DNA of 53,920 nt from Thermoplasmatales archaeon SW_10_69_26 (GTDB lineage: Archaea > Thermoplasmatota > SW-10-69-26), in assembly GCA_003009755.1 (NCBI GenBank), contig PXUB01000047.1:1-53920 (forward strand). Direction: 5' to 3'. This document shows positions 17,973 through 28,407 of this stretch, piece by piece. Positions within the stretch are counted from its first letter, which is position 1; each line of letters opens with the position of its first letter. Position numbers and translations under genes: made by a program. A model generated the notes under the pieces. The model was given only the letters and a program-made list of their open reading frames with translations, searched no databases and was not told where the DNA came from.

Positions 17973-19786
17973 ACCAGGTCCTCCAGGTTCAGGCGGGGGG
18001 CAAGAGCAAGGCTCTTCAGCTCGTCGAGGAGGAGCTTGAACGCGTAGCTCATCTCGACCGGGTAGACCTCGGCTTCCTCACCGCAGTTGCCGCAGCGGGT
18101 GAACCCGCGGCGATCCTCGAAGGCGACCATGCCGCACTCCTTGCAGACGAGAACCTCGACGGCGTCGGACTCGTCGAGCAGGCGGTCCTTGATGACCATG
18201 GCGGCGCCGTGGCCGATCAGGCAGTCGCGCTCCATCTCGCCGAACCGCAGACCGCCGTCGCGCGCGCGGCCCTCGGTCGGTTGGCGGGTGAGGATCTGGA
18301 CGGGACCTCGCGAGCGGGCGTGGTGCTTGCCGGACACCATGTGGTGGAGCTTCTGGTAGTAGATGGCTCCCTGGAAGATGTCGGCTTCGTACCGCTCGCC
18401 GGTGATGCCGTCGTACATCGGTTCGCGCCCGGAGTGGTGGAAGCCGTTCTCGACGAGGGCTTCACGCAGCTCGTCCTCGGGCTCGCCGTCGAACGGTGTA
18501 CCGTCGATCGATCGACCCTGGATCGAGCCGACCTTGCCGCCGATCATCTCGAGCAGGTGGGCGACGGTCATCCGGGACGGGATGGCGTGAGGGTTGAGCA
18601 GGACGTCCGGCTGGACCCCGTCGGGCGTGAACGGCATGTCCTCGGGCGGCGCGATGCGCCCGATGACGCCCTTCTGGCCGTGCCGGGAGGCGAACTTGTC
18701 GCCGAGCTCGGGTTCGCGCTCGTCGCGGACCTTGACCTTGACGAGCTTGGACCCGCCCTCGGACTCGGTGAACATGACGCTGTCCACGATCCCCCTCTCG
18801 CCGTGGCGGACCGTGACGCTGGTCTCGCGGCGCTTCTGCGGCGTGAGGAAGTCCTGGGGTTCCTCCAGGAAGCGCGGCGGGCTCGTCTTCCCGATGAGCA
18901 CCTCGCCGCTCTCGACCGGCGTCTCGGGGTTGATCAGGCCGTCCTCACCGAGGTTCTTGTAGGCTTCCTCGGGGCGGACGCCCTTCACGTCGGGGCTGGG
19001 GATCTCGAAGTGATCCTCTTGACCCCCGGGATAGCGGCGCTCCTCGCTGGAGTAGCCGCGGAAGAACGCCGAGCGGGCGAGCGCGCGCTCGATGGAGGCC
19101 TCGTTGAACACGAGGGCGTCCTCCATGTTGTAGCCGTGGTAGGGCGCGATCGCCATCATGAAGTTCTGCCCGGCCGGTCGATCGTCGACGTAGGAGTACT
19201 GCTGGCCCTGCGTGCGGACGATCGGAGCCTGGGGGTAGTGCATCACGTGGCCGCGCGTGTCCGGGCGGGTGCGATAGTTGGCGGCGGGGAGGCCGATGGA
19301 TTGCTTCCCCATGCTCGCACCCATCGTGATGCGGGGGCTGGAGTTGTGCTCGGGGTAGGGGACGATGTTGGCCGAGATGCCGAGGACGACCATGGGGTCG
19401 ATCTCCATGTGGGTGTGGTCCTCGGTGACGTCCTCGGGTTCGACGGCGACGTAGATGTTCTCCTCCTCGTCGGCGTCGATGTACTCGACGAGGCCTTCGC
19501 GGAGCAGATCGCTCCAGGAGAGGTCGCCCTGGCGGATGCGTTCGAGGTGGTCCTCGGTGACGCGGGGCTCGCCATCCTCGACGACGACGAGCGGACGGCG
19601 CAGGCGGCCGCTGTCGGCGTTGATGTAGATGTCCTCGCTCTCCTCGTCGATGCGAACGTTCACCTCGTCGGAGAGCAGGCCCTGCCGACGGCGCTGCTTG
19701 ATCTTCTCCAGCAGGTCTCGCGGGTTGTCGTGGAGGCCCACGATGTCCCCGTTGAGGAAGACGCGGGCTCCTTCCATGTCCGTCAT
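17969..19786 (-). CDS. rpoB1: RNA polymerase subunit B' (Rpo2C)
   Basis: [24 protein letters not shown]-terminal Zn ribbon. Confidence 0.98.
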   Translation of the reverse strand: MTDMEGARVFLNGDIVGLHDNPRDLLEKIKQRRRQGLLSDEVNVRIDEESEDIYINADSGRLRRPLVVVEDGEPRVTEDHLERIRQGDLSWSDLLREGLVEYIDADEEENIYVAVEPEDVTEDHTHMEIDPMVVLGISANIVPYPEHNSSPRITMGASMGKQSIGLPAANYRTRPDTRGHVMHYPQAPIVRTQGQQYSYVDDRPAGQNFMMAIAPYHGYNMEDALVFNEASIERALARSAFFRGYSSEERRYPGGQEDHFEIPSPDVKGVRPEEAYKNLGEDGLINPETPVESGEVLIGKTSPPRFLEEPQDFLTPQKRRETSVTVRHGERGIVDSVMFTESEGGSKLVKVKVRDEREPELGDKFASRHGQKGVIGRIAPPEDMPFTPDGVQPDVLLNPHAIPSRMTVAHLLEMIGGKVGSIQGRSIDGTPFDGEPEDELREALVENGFHHSGREPMYDGITGERYEADIFQGAIYYQKLHHMVSGKHHARSRGPVQILTRQPTEGRARDGGLRFGEMERDCLIGHGAAMVIKDRLLDESDAVEVLVCKECGMVAFEDRRGFTRCGNCGEEAEVYPVEMSYAFKLLLDELKSLALAPRLNLEDLV

Positions 19787-21360
19787 TCGTCGTCACCTCC
19801 GGTGACCTCGGAGACCTCCAGCGGTTCGACGCCGAGGTCGTACAGCGAGTGGCGGATGTCCTCGCCTTCGGCGCCTTCGGAGACCTCCGTCGTGAGGGCC
19901 ATGTTCTTCACGAGACCGCAGTTCGGGCCCTCGGGGGTCTCGTTCGGGCAAAGCCGGCCCCACTGCGTGGGGTGCAGGTCGCGGGCCTCGAAGTGCGGCT
20001 GGCTGCGGGCCAGCGGCGACACGACGCGGCGCACGTGGGAGTAGGCGGCCAAGGCGGCCGTCCGGTCGAGCAGCTGCGAGACACCGCTGCGCCCGCCGAC
20101 CCAGTTCCCGGTCGAGAGGGCGTGCAGCAGGCGTTGGGACAGCACGTCGGAGCGGACGGCGGTGGACACCTTGAGCTCGCGGTTGCGGGAGTGGGCGCGC
20201 TCGATCTGGTACTTGATGTCCTTGGCGAGCTGCGTGAAGGACACGCGGAAGAGGTCCTCCATCAGGTTGCCGGCGAGCTTGATCCGCTTGTTCGCGTAGT
20301 GGTCCTTGTCGTCCTCCTCGTTGCGACCCTGGGCGAGCTCGAGCACCGAGCGGGCCATCCGGCCGAGGTAGACGGCCTTCTTGAGGCGCTCGGCGGGGTC
20401 GTGGCCGAGGTGGGGCAACAGGGTGCGGTCCATCAGGGACTCGGCGCGCTGGCGGCGGTACTCGCGGGCTTGGCCGCCGGCGAGCTTGCGGCCGAGGAAC
20501 TCGATCGCTTCGTCGCGGTCGGCGACGTCGTGCTCCTCGCGTGCGTCCTCGATGTTGGCGAGGACGGTCGGCATCATGTCCGGATGGGTCACGATAGCCT
20601 TGACGAGCTCCTCGTCGGTTTGCAGGCCCAGCGCCCGCATGAACACGATGAGAGGGATCTGGTTGCTGGCGTTGGGGACGTCGACCATCAGCGAGCCGTC
20701 TCGCTTCTTCTCGACGCTGATGAGCGCCCGGTAGCCGTTGCGTTGGCTGAAGACCTTGGCGACCTCGACCTGGCGTCCGTAGCGCTTCTTGAACTCGACC
20801 ATGACCTTGTTCGGGGCCAGGTCTTCCAGGGAGACGAGGACGCGCTCGCTACCGTTGGCGATGAAGTACCCGCCCGGGTCCAGGGGGTCCTCCTGGAGGC
20901 GCTGGAGCTCCTGGTAGTACTCCTCGTGCGTGTAGGAGGCGTTCTGGAGCTCCTCGAGGTTGTCCTTCTCGATGTTGCAGCGGGAGCTGCCAACCATGAT
21001 CGGGAGGTTGCCGATGTTGACCTCCTCGGGCTCGTGCTCGATGCCCTCGAGCACGGGGATGAACTCCATGAAGATGGGCGCGTCGTAGGTCATGTCGCGC
21101 AGCCGGGCTTCCATCGGGGTCAGGTAGTCCGTGGAACCGTCGGCCTCCTTGCGTTGGGGGCGACCGACCCGGATGCTGCCCATCTTGATCTTGTAGCCTT
21201 CGACGTCGGTCTGGATGATCCCGTCGGGGACCTCGTCGTCGCCGACGCTGATGTTGTCGACGACGCTCTGGATCCAGTTGTCGACGAAGTCGTTGTAGCT
21301 GGAGATGTGGTGCTGGGCGGCGCTTCGTTCGTCGAAGAACGCGTTCACGAGCTCACGCAT
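19783..21360 (-). CDS. rpoB2: RNA polymerase subunit B'' (Rpo2N)
   Basis: [43 protein letters not shown] overlap with B'. Confidence 0.98.
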   Translation of the reverse strand: MRELVNAFFDERSAAQHHISSYNDFVDNWIQSVVDNISVGDDEVPDGIIQTDVEGYKIKMGSIRVGRPQRKEADGSTDYLTPMEARLRDMTYDAPIFMEFIPVLEGIEHEPEEVNIGNLPIMVGSSRCNIEKDNLEELQNASYTHEEYYQELQRLQEDPLDPGGYFIANGSERVLVSLEDLAPNKVMVEFKKRYGRQVEVAKVFSQRNGYRALISVEKKRDGSLMVDVPNASNQIPLIVFMRALGLQTDEELVKAIVTHPDMMPTVLANIEDAREEHDVADRDEAIEFLGRKLAGGQAREYRRQRAESLMDRTLLPHLGHDPAERLKKAVYLGRMARSVLELAQGRNEEDDKDHYANKRIKLAGNLMEDLFRVSFTQLAKDIKYQIERAHSRNRELKVSTAVRSDVLSQRLLHALSTGNWVGGRSGVSQLLDRTAALAAYSHVRRVVSPLARSQPHFEARDLHPTQWGRLCPNETPEGPNCGLVKNMALTTEVSEGAEGEDIRHSLYDLGVEPLEVSEVTGGDDE

Positions 21361-21610
21361 CGGAAGCCTCCACGCAGAGTCGGTAGGCCGTGGCTTGGCC
21401 AGCCGTGTCGGATTTGCGTGTGATGCGAAGCACGTCGCCCGGGCGAGCTCTCACGGAGAGGGCGCCGGGGTCTGTGTTGAGGATGCGGGGAAGCTGCTCC
21501 TTGGAGATATCGTACTCCTCCTGCAGCTCCTCGACCTCTTCCTCGCTCATGATCTCGTGGCGAGGCACGAACTCGTGTTTCAGCACGTCGAACTTGAACG
21601 GCTTGGGCAT
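21353..21610 (-). CDS. rpoH: RNA polymerase subunit H (Rpo5)
   Basis: HEFVPRHEIMS...QLPRILNTDP...RKSDTAG...YRLCV. Confidence 0.97.
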   Translation of the reverse strand: MPKPFKFDVLKHEFVPRHEIMSEEEVEELQEEYDISKEQLPRILNTDPGALSVRARPGDVLRITRKSDTAGQATAYRLCVEASDA

Positions 21611-21753
21611 CAGAGCACCTCCATGGAGACGGCCGGGTGGCCATCGGATCGGGGTCGGGCGGGGAGACGCGAGCCCGCGGCGAGGCTCGCATCGCCCTCC
21701 AGCGTCACGGGACGAACCGCTGGAGCACCAGCACAGCGAACGGTGACCGGGAG

Positions 21754-21827
21754 CGGGCCCGGAGGGATTCGAACCCTCGACCGTCCGGTTAAAAGCCGGA
21801 CGCTCTGCCTATCTGAGCTACGAGCCC
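21754..21827 (-). tRNA. tRNA-Lys(TTT)
   Basis: GGGCTCG/CGGGCCC acceptor stem, TCCGG-CTTTTAA-CCGGA anticodon arm, GAGGG-TTCGAAT-CCCTC T arm. Confidence 0.97.
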
Positions 21828-22101
21828 GGGCGAGGGCCGAGGACGAAGGAACGGCTCGATCGACGTGCACGCCGTCGCCGATCGCCTCGTCGCTTCGGTC
21901 GCTCGACCCCAACCCGGTGCGTTCGATTGCGCTGCGGCCCACTGAGATTCGCCCTGGTGACCCCGGAAAGGCTGGCCGAGGCATCAGAGGTCATGTATAA
22001 AACCCTTGCGGGCCGGCCGCGGTTGCGGCCTCGGGACACCGAGTGCGCTGGAGCTGGCCTTCGACAAACCCCTTGTAGGCTTCGGCCCGTCACGACGACC
22101 C

Positions 22102-23268
22102 ATGCCTGCAACCGACCCCGCCATCGCCGAGGTCTCCTGCCTCCGGTACGGCGAGCACGAGGAGACGGCCCGGGAGCTGGCCGTCGACGCGTCGCTCGAC
22201 GTGCTCGAGGAAGCCGGCCTCGAGGGAGACGAACTCGACTCGCTGTTCGTCGCGAACGCGTTCGGGATGGCCGACAAGCAAGGCCACGTGGGTCCGCTCA
22301 TCTCGACCGCGATCGGGGCGCCCAACGTGCCCTCGAGCACCACGGAGGCGGCCTGCGCCTCGGCGAGCGTGGCTTTCCGGCACGCGATCGCGCACGTTCG
22401 AGCGGGCATGGCGGAGACCGCTCTCGTGGTCGGGACCGAGAAGGTCTCCCACATCGACACGATGACGGCGACCTCGTACTTCTGCTACGGGTCCGATTAC
22501 TTCCTCGAGGGCGGCGTCGGGGCGACGTTTCCCGGCCTGTACGCCGCGATCGCTCGCGCGCACATGGACGAGTTCGGGACCAGCGAGGAGGACATGGCGC
22601 GGGTCGCGGTGAAGAACCACGCCAACGGGATCCACAACCCGACCGCGCACTTCCAGAAGGAGATCGAGATCGGGGACGTGCTCGACAGCTACGAGGTCGC
22701 GGCTCCCCTCAAGCTGTACGACGCCTGCCCGTTCAGCGACGGAGCGGCCGCGGCGATCGTCACGACCGAGGAGAAGGCGCGGGCGATGACAGATACGCCG
22801 GTCACGGTCGAGGCGAGCACGCAGCGCGGCACGATCGCGGCGTTGAGCGAGCGCGAGGACGTGACCGAGATCGAGGGCACCCAGCTGGCCGGCCAGGCTG
22901 CCTTCGAGCAGGCCGGCGTGTCCGCCGACGAGGTGGATCTCTTCGAGGTGCACGACTGCTTCACGATCGCCGAGCTCGTCGCGATGGAGGACCTGGGCCT
23001 GGCCGAGCCGGGCAAGGCGGCCGCGATGGTGCGCGAGGGGCAGACCAAGCCCGACGGTGACGTGCCGGTGAACGCCAGCGGCGGCCTGAAGTCGAAGGGC
23101 CACCCGGTGGGCGCGACCGGCATGGGCCAGATCTACGAGGCGGTCGAGCAGCTGCGTGGCGAGGCCGAGGGGCCCCGCCAGGTCGACGGCGCCGAGCGCG
23201 TGCTCACGCACAACGTGGGGGCGACCGGTGGCACGGTCACGGTCAACATCCTCGGGAGGGGCGATTAG
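22102..23268 (+). CDS. Archaeal acetyl-CoA C-acetyltransferase (thiolase)
   Basis: EAACAS (catalytic Cys), EVHDCF, GHPVGATG, HNVG. Confidence 0.92.
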   Translation: MPATDPAIAEVSCLRYGEHEETARELAVDASLDVLEEAGLEGDELDSLFVANAFGMADKQGHVGPLISTAIGAPNVPSSTTEAACASASVAFRHAIAHVRAGMAETALVVGTEKVSHIDTMTATSYFCYGSDYFLEGGVGATFPGLYAAIARAHMDEFGTSEEDMARVAVKNHANGIHNPTAHFQKEIEIGDVLDSYEVAAPLKLYDACPFSDGAAAAIVTTEEKARAMTDTPVTVEASTQRGTIAALSEREDVTEIEGTQLAGQAAFEQAGVSADEVDLFEVHDCFTIAELVAMEDLGLAEPGKAAAMVREGQTKPDGDVPVNASGGLKSKGHPVGATGMGQIYEAVEQLRGEAEGPRQVDGAERVLTHNVGATGGTVTVNILGRGD

Positions 23269-23643
23269 ATGCCCGAGCAGGAGCTGGCCACGATCGCGGA
23301 GGTCGAGGACAAGCGCAAGGACGGGCAGCTCGTCGGCTTCCGCTGCGCCAACGATCACACGTTCGTCTCGCCCGTGCGCGCGTGCCCGAAGTGCGGCACC
23401 CGCGAGATCGAGAACGTCGAGCTGCCCGAACAGGGCACGGTCGTGACGTTCACGATCCAGAACGTCGCCAGCGAGGAGTTCATGAACGAGACCCCGTTCG
23501 CGTGGGCGATCATCGAGCTCGCCGACGGGAGCCGCGTGACGGGCTGGGTTCCCTTCGTCGGCAGCGAGGACGACCTCTCGATCGGCGACGAGGTCGCCTT
23601 CGAGCCGACGTACAAGCCCGGTGTGATGTTCGAGAAGGTCTGA
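23269..23643 (+). CDS. DUF35 Zn-ribbon/OB-fold thiolase partner
   Basis: CANDH...CPKCG, GTVVTFT, PFAWAIIEL. Abuts the thiolase. Confidence 0.9.
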   Translation: MPEQELATIAEVEDKRKDGQLVGFRCANDHTFVSPVRACPKCGTREIENVELPEQGTVVTFTIQNVASEEFMNETPFAWAIIELADGSRVTGWVPFVGSEDDLSIGDEVAFEPTYKPGVMFEKV

Positions 23644-23664
23644 CGACAACCACCCCAGACCTTC

Positions 23665-23835
23665 TCGAGAGTACGAACCCGAGCGCGGCATCAACCGCAG
23701 GAGCCAAGCGAGGGTTCGTACGGATTTCGAGACCCCGAGCCCGACTCCCGAAGGGCGGAGGGCGACGGGGTCTCGAACCGCGCAGGAAGTCTGACAGAGA
23801 TCGCGCGGACTTTCTCGAGCGTACGAACGCGAGCG
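23665..23835. repeat. REP-like double-hairpin element (one full and one partial copy)
   Basis: GTACGAACCC/GGGTTCGTAC and TTCGAGACCCC/GGGGTCTCGAA. Same architecture as the copies at 44641, 53424 and 53558. Confidence 0.65.
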
Positions 23836-23932
23836 TGGGCTCTCTCGACCTGTGTCCCGGTACGCTGCCGTTGTGGCGACCTCGTCCCCCTCGGGCTTCG
23901 CCCCTGGCGGCTCCAGCCGGCCTCCAACGTTC

Positions 23933-25451
23933 CTACCCGAGCACCGCGGCGATCGCGATCGCCAGCGCCTCGCCGGCGAGGACGGCGGCGACGAGCACGT
24001 GGACGCGCAGCAGCTCGTAGCCGAGCTGGCCGCGCATGACGTAGCCCTCGCGGGCGCGGTCGAGCAGGCCCTTCTCCCAGAGGGCCCGCAGGAGGCTGCC
24101 GACGAGCACGAGCCCGGCCACGCCGGGGCCGGCGAGCGCGCCGAGGCCGATCCAGGCGCCGCGGCCGACGAAGGCTTGCACGAGGCCGCCGGCGGCCAGG
24201 CCCCACACGATGAGCAAGAGGCTTCGGCCCTCGACGAGCGCGGCCAAGCCGGCGTGGAGGCCGCGGGCGTGGGGGGCGGGGAACGGCGTCGAGCCGGCGA
24301 TGTCGGGGGCAACAGCGACGAGCAGGCCGACGGCGGCGACGGCGACGAGCAGGTAGGCCAGCGTCCACGGGGAGCGGAGGCCGCCGCCGGGGGCTTCGAT
24401 CGAGATGGAGGAGGCGTAGGTGGCCCCGGCGGAGCCGGCGCCGACGCCGACGAGGACGCCCAGCGCCCAGCTGGCCGCGATCGGGAGGAACAGGTGGGCG
24501 AGGCCGCCAAGTCCGGCGCCGACCAGCAAGGCGAGCCCGAGCTGGGCGCGGCGGGTCGTGACGGCGACGACGAGGGCGGAGGCGGCGAGCGTGAGGCCGA
24601 GCGCGAGCTGGACTGAACCGGCGTCGGCGGGCGACGGTGACGGCGCCGGCTCCGACGAGCAGACCTAGCGCGGAGGGGGCCAGGGCTTCGAGGGCGGCCA
24701 GGCCGGGGGTGCCGACGACGGAGACGGGGACCCAGGCGCCGGTGCTGGCGCGCACGGGGACCTCGAAGTAGACGGCGACGGGCGCCAGCGCGAGCACGGC
24801 GAGGCCACCCAGCGCCAACGGGGCCGAGCGCTTGGGCGAGGTGAGGAACCCCAGCGCGATCGGGGCAACGGACAGCGGGATCGCGACGGCCACGGTGGCC
24901 GAGGGGTCCGGCAGGACGATCGCTCCCTGCAGCGCGTAGGAGCCGAACACGGCCTCGGGGAGGGTGCGGGCGACCTCGCCCAGGCGGGCGATCGGCGCCT
25001 CGCGGAGCAGGGCGACCAGCGTCCCGGCGGGGACGGCGACGCCGGCGAGCAGGGCCAGGCCGCGGGCGTGTCGCTGCTCGAGGGCGTGGATGAACGACCA
25101 GCGGCGGTCCTCGTGGCGGTCGGTGGGGGGTTTGGGGGTGGCGGCGATGGCGGCCAGCGCGCCGGTGCCGGCGGCGACGACGGTCAGGCCGGCCCTCGCC
25201 CAGTCGGGACGCGGGATGCCATCGGCCATGCCGACGGCGGGCAGGAGGGCCAGGCCGACGCCGGCGCTGGCGGCGACGACGACGCGGGCGGCGTGGCGGC
25301 GGGCCTCGTCGCCGGGCTCCAGCGAGCGAGCCAGCGCGTAGGCGGGCCCGAACACGGCCAGCGGGACGAGCCCAGCCGTGACCATGCCTTGGAACAGGGC
25401 CAGCGCCGCGAGGGCGGTGGCGAGGGCGAGCCCGATCGGGAGCCAGCGCAT
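23933..25451 (-). CDS. Polytopic membrane protein with apparent 1-nt frameshift near 24630
   Basis: Hydrophobic ORF starting MRWLPIGLALATAL continues after the GGG at 24629-24631 in another frame (ADAGSVQLALGLTL...EALAIAIAAVLG). Confidence 0.6.
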
Positions 25452-25532
25452 CCGCGGGCCGGGCAAGCCGGGGAGGGTTGAAAACGCTGCTGTATCGGAG
25501 TGAGAGTGTCCGGGGGGCAAGGCCCCCCGGTA

Positions 25533-25719
25533 TGGGGGCACTGGGATACTCACCTCGCCGGGGGGTGCCCGGCGCGGCTTTGAACCCAGATCGGCGGGTC
25601 TCTCCTACAGGGGTCAGTGCTCCAGTCAGTCAGCATCTCGACCGACTCAGCAGACCCGTACGGTCATCATACCCCAGATAACTGGAGCCCACCATGATGC
25701 CGGGTTACACTATGCCCCC
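25533..25719 (-). tRNA. tRNA-Trp(CCA) with two introns (37/38: 25600-25681; 59/60: 25547-25578)
   Basis: Removing both BHB-bounded introns gives a 73-nt cloverleaf: GGGGGCA/TGCCCCC, GTGGG-CTCCAGA-CCCGC, CTGGG-TTCAAAT-CCCAG. Confidence 0.93.
25600..25681 (-). ncRNA. Intron-encoded box C/D guide RNA for tRNA-Trp C34 and C39
   Basis: C box ATGATGA, D' CTGA, C' ATGCTGA, D CTGA. Guides CGGGTCT and ACTGGAGC pair with the pre-tRNA, and the D+5 rule points to positions 39 and 34. Confidence 0.9.
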
Positions 25720-25886
25720 ATCGCCTTCGGGGCCGCTCCCGACAAGCGGGGGCCCGGCTTCCACGGGCGGTCCGGCCCGTCCGGGCGAGCCGTCGAAGGG
25801 AGGAGTTGTATTTAATCGTGGCGGATGACGGGAACCGTTGACAGCCCCGGCGACCGCCACGAGCCTGGGCGTAGCTGGAGGCGGGG

Positions 25887-25924
25887 AGAAGAGAGAAGGA
25901 AAAAGGCGGGGGCTCGCCCCCGCT
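25887..25924 (-). terminator. Hairpin plus oligo-pyrimidine terminator of the 821-aa gene
   Basis: AGCGGGGG-CGAG-CCCCCGCC followed by TTTTTCCTTCTCTCTTCT. Confidence 0.65.
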
Positions 25925-25941
25925 AGGTAGCAGCGCCGCGA

Positions 25942-28407
25942 CTACGCGTCCGGAGCCGAGCTCTGGTCGTCGTTGCGGTCCGGGTTCCCGTCGAGCGGGT
26001 CGACGTCGGTCCACGTGTTCACGCCGGGCGAGAACCCGCCGAAGTCCGCCGTGATCTCGTTCACGGCGCTGAACCGCGGGAGGTCCTTGGAGCCCTTATC
26101 GAAGGTCCCGTCGCCGGGCGCCTCGAACACGTACTGCGTGACGATCGTGTCCCCCTCGCAGGACACCGCCTGGCAGTCGTGCGTGAACGACGGGATGGCG
26201 TCGAACCCGCCGGTGGACTCCTCGCACTGCTTCTCGAAGTCGCTGGTGAACCCGAACGCATCGCCGGGCATGCGGACGTCGGGCGCGGTCTCGGTGTCGG
26301 TTTCGGCGACGACCCAGTCCTGCAGATCGGCGATCGCCTGGTCGACCTCCTGCCCGAGCGGGTGGTCGTCGGTCGAGCTGACGTCGCCGTCCCACAGCTC
26401 CTTGACGCTCTGCGAGGCGAGCACGTAGATGTTGTTGCCGTCGGGGTAGATCTGGCGCTGGTCGGAGATCAGGCCCGCGTCGAATTGCGTCGGCTCGGAG
26501 AGGTAGACGAGCTGGAACAGCCCCGTGTTCGGGCCGTAGCCCAGCCGCTCGGCCTCCAGCGCGAGGTTGTAGTTCGAGGTGCTGTACTTGCACGCGCGGT
26601 CACTGGTGATCTCCGGCGAGTCGCCCGAGTCGTCGACCTTGATGTCCCACACCATCGGGTACGCGCCGGCGTTGTCGATCAGGTCGTTGCGGAACTGATC
26701 GCCAACGGTGTCGTAGTCGCCGTCGTCGTTCTTGTCGGTGAACAGGCCGACGTTGCCGGCGGTGGAGAAGCGGTCCGGGCCGGGGTTGTTCTCCTCGTCT
26801 TGGGTATCGTCGTTGTTGCCGTACAGCGTGGTGCTCGTGGCGGTGATCTCCGTCTGGCCGTCGATCACGTCCACCCACGGATCGAGGGTGTCCGGTTCCT
26901 CGTCGCTGGTTACCCTCTGGCACACCTCGTCGAGCGCGCCGGTGCGGTCGAGATCGACCGCGGACTGGCTGGTGTCCGCGAGCGGGTTCGCGGCGCCCGA
27001 GGCAGCGTTGGGCTCGACGCGGTTGTCCTTGTTGAGATCGCGGACGGTGTCGTTCTGCAGCTGGTCGATCTCGTCGTTGGCGTCGTCGGTCGCCTGGTCG
27101 ACCGTGTCGGTCACGGCATCGACGGTCTCGTCGACCAGCGGCAGATCGGGGATCGTGTTGAACACGGTGTCTGTCGGTCCGGCCGCGGCCTCGTCGGCGT
27201 ACGCCTCGGCCGGGCCCGGCGAGGCGCCGGCCGTCGACAGCCGCGTCGAGGGCGTGTACACGTCGAGGTCGTGGGCCAGGAACGGCGCCCCGGTCTCGTC
27301 GCTCTCGGTCAGGAAGCCGGGCTCCTGGGCCGAGCAGTCGGGGGACCGCGGAGCGACGACGAAGTGCCACTCGCGGTAGTTGTTGTTGCCAAAGCCGGAA
27401 TCGTCGGCCGCCCCGAGGTAGTTGAAGACACTATGGAGGGGCAGGCTGGCTCGCCAGTAGGCCCCGTTGGCGGCCTGGTTGCACATGTAGGTCGGCGAGT
27501 TGCAGCGGTCGCCGTAGCTCCTGAAGTCGGTGCTGCCGTCGTCTTCGGCATAGAAGAACGACAGTTCGCACGCCGCTGCGTCCTCGGCCCCGGCGGTCGT
27601 GATCGAGAAGTCGGGTGTGAAGCCGCAGATCCGCTCGTTGGCGACCCCGTCCAGGTCGGAGCTCTGGACGATCTCGGACAGCCGGTCGGCCCCGATCTGG
27701 TTGCCCTCGCCGTCTTCCAGGAAGGCGGCGAAGTAGTACGTGGCGCTGGGGGTCACCCACCCGTTCATGTCCCAGGCGTTGGTCTGGCCCTGGACGAACT
27801 GGGCGGCGTTGGGGAAGCCCACGTTGGCGTACGTGTACTGCCGGCGATCGTCCTTCTGGTTCTTGTCGGTCGTGTCGCTATCGTCGGTCAGCCCCGTCTG
27901 TTCGGCGGCGTTGTCGTAGAAGACCTCGTGGAGCTGGTCCGTGTACGTCCCGGACCCGAAGAAGCCCTCACCGGGCGGGCAGAACGGGGTGCAGAGCGTG
28001 AGGGCCGCCAGCGTGCTGGCCGAGTCCATGCGGACGACGTCGAACGTGGCGATCGGGTTGTCGGTGCCGATGTCCGGCGTGATCACCTGGTCTTCTGGGC
28101 TCTCCACGACGAGTTCGTCGTTGTCGTCGAGGTCCTCGTTGTACTTGAGCGCCGAGCAGAACCCGTCGGCCTCGGAGGCCCGCGCGACCTCCGTGAGCGT
28201 CGCCTCAGCCTCCGGTTCGTAGCACTCATCGGAGGGCAACGTCCCGACGTGGAAGGGGGAATCGGGTCCGTTGTCAGGCACCGAGGGTTCGTCGTCTTGC
28301 GTGACCAATACCTGGTCGTCGGCTCCCTGGCTGCGGTGCAACGCCATCCCCGAGGGGACCGAGCTCACCACCAAGATCAATGCTACGACCGCTGTCGCTT
28401 TCTTCAT
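25942..28407 (-). CDS. Large secreted acidic protein (821 aa), candidate cell-surface/S-layer protein
   Basis: Sec signal MKKATAVVALILVVSS, GGAGG SD, TATAA box at ~28516-28520. Asp/Thr-rich with many Cys and no recognisable domain. Confidence 0.8.
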   Translation of the reverse strand: MKKATAVVALILVVSSVPSGMALHRSQGADDQVLVTQDDEPSVPDNGPDSPFHVGTLPSDECYEPEAEATLTEVARASEADGFCSALKYNEDLDDNDELVVESPEDQVITPDIGTDNPIATFDVVRMDSASTLAALTLCTPFCPPGEGFFGSGTYTDQLHEVFYDNAAEQTGLTDDSDTTDKNQKDDRRQYTYANVGFPNAAQFVQGQTNAWDMNGWVTPSATYYFAAFLEDGEGNQIGADRLSEIVQSSDLDGVANERICGFTPDFSITTAGAEDAAACELSFFYAEDDGSTDFRSYGDRCNSPTYMCNQAANGAYWRASLPLHSVFNYLGAADDSGFGNNNYREWHFVVAPRSPDCSAQEPGFLTESDETGAPFLAHDLDVYTPSTRLSTAGASPGPAEAYADEAAAGPTDTVFNTIPDLPLVDETVDAVTDTVDQATDDANDEIDQLQNDTVRDLNKDNRVEPNAASGAANPLADTSQSAVDLDRTGALDEVCQRVTSDEEPDTLDPWVDVIDGQTEITATSTTLYGNNDDTQDEENNPGPDRFSTAGNVGLFTDKNDDGDYDTVGDQFRNDLIDNAGAYPMVWDIKVDDSGDSPEITSDRACKYSTSNYNLALEAERLGYGPNTGLFQLVYLSEPTQFDAGLISDQRQIYPDGNNIYVLASQSVKELWDGDVSSTDDHPLGQEVDQAIADLQDWVVAETDTETAPDVRMPGDAFGFTSDFEKQCEESTGGFDAIPSFTHDCQAVSCEGDTIVTQYVFEAPGDGTFDKGSKDLPRFSAVNEITADFGGFSPGVNTWTDVDPLDGNPDRNDDQSSAPDA

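Noticed and set aside
15189-21360. Inteins in RNA polymerase subunits (also checked infB and lig)
   Set aside because: Lengths are normal and no intein terminal motifs interrupt the conserved blocks.
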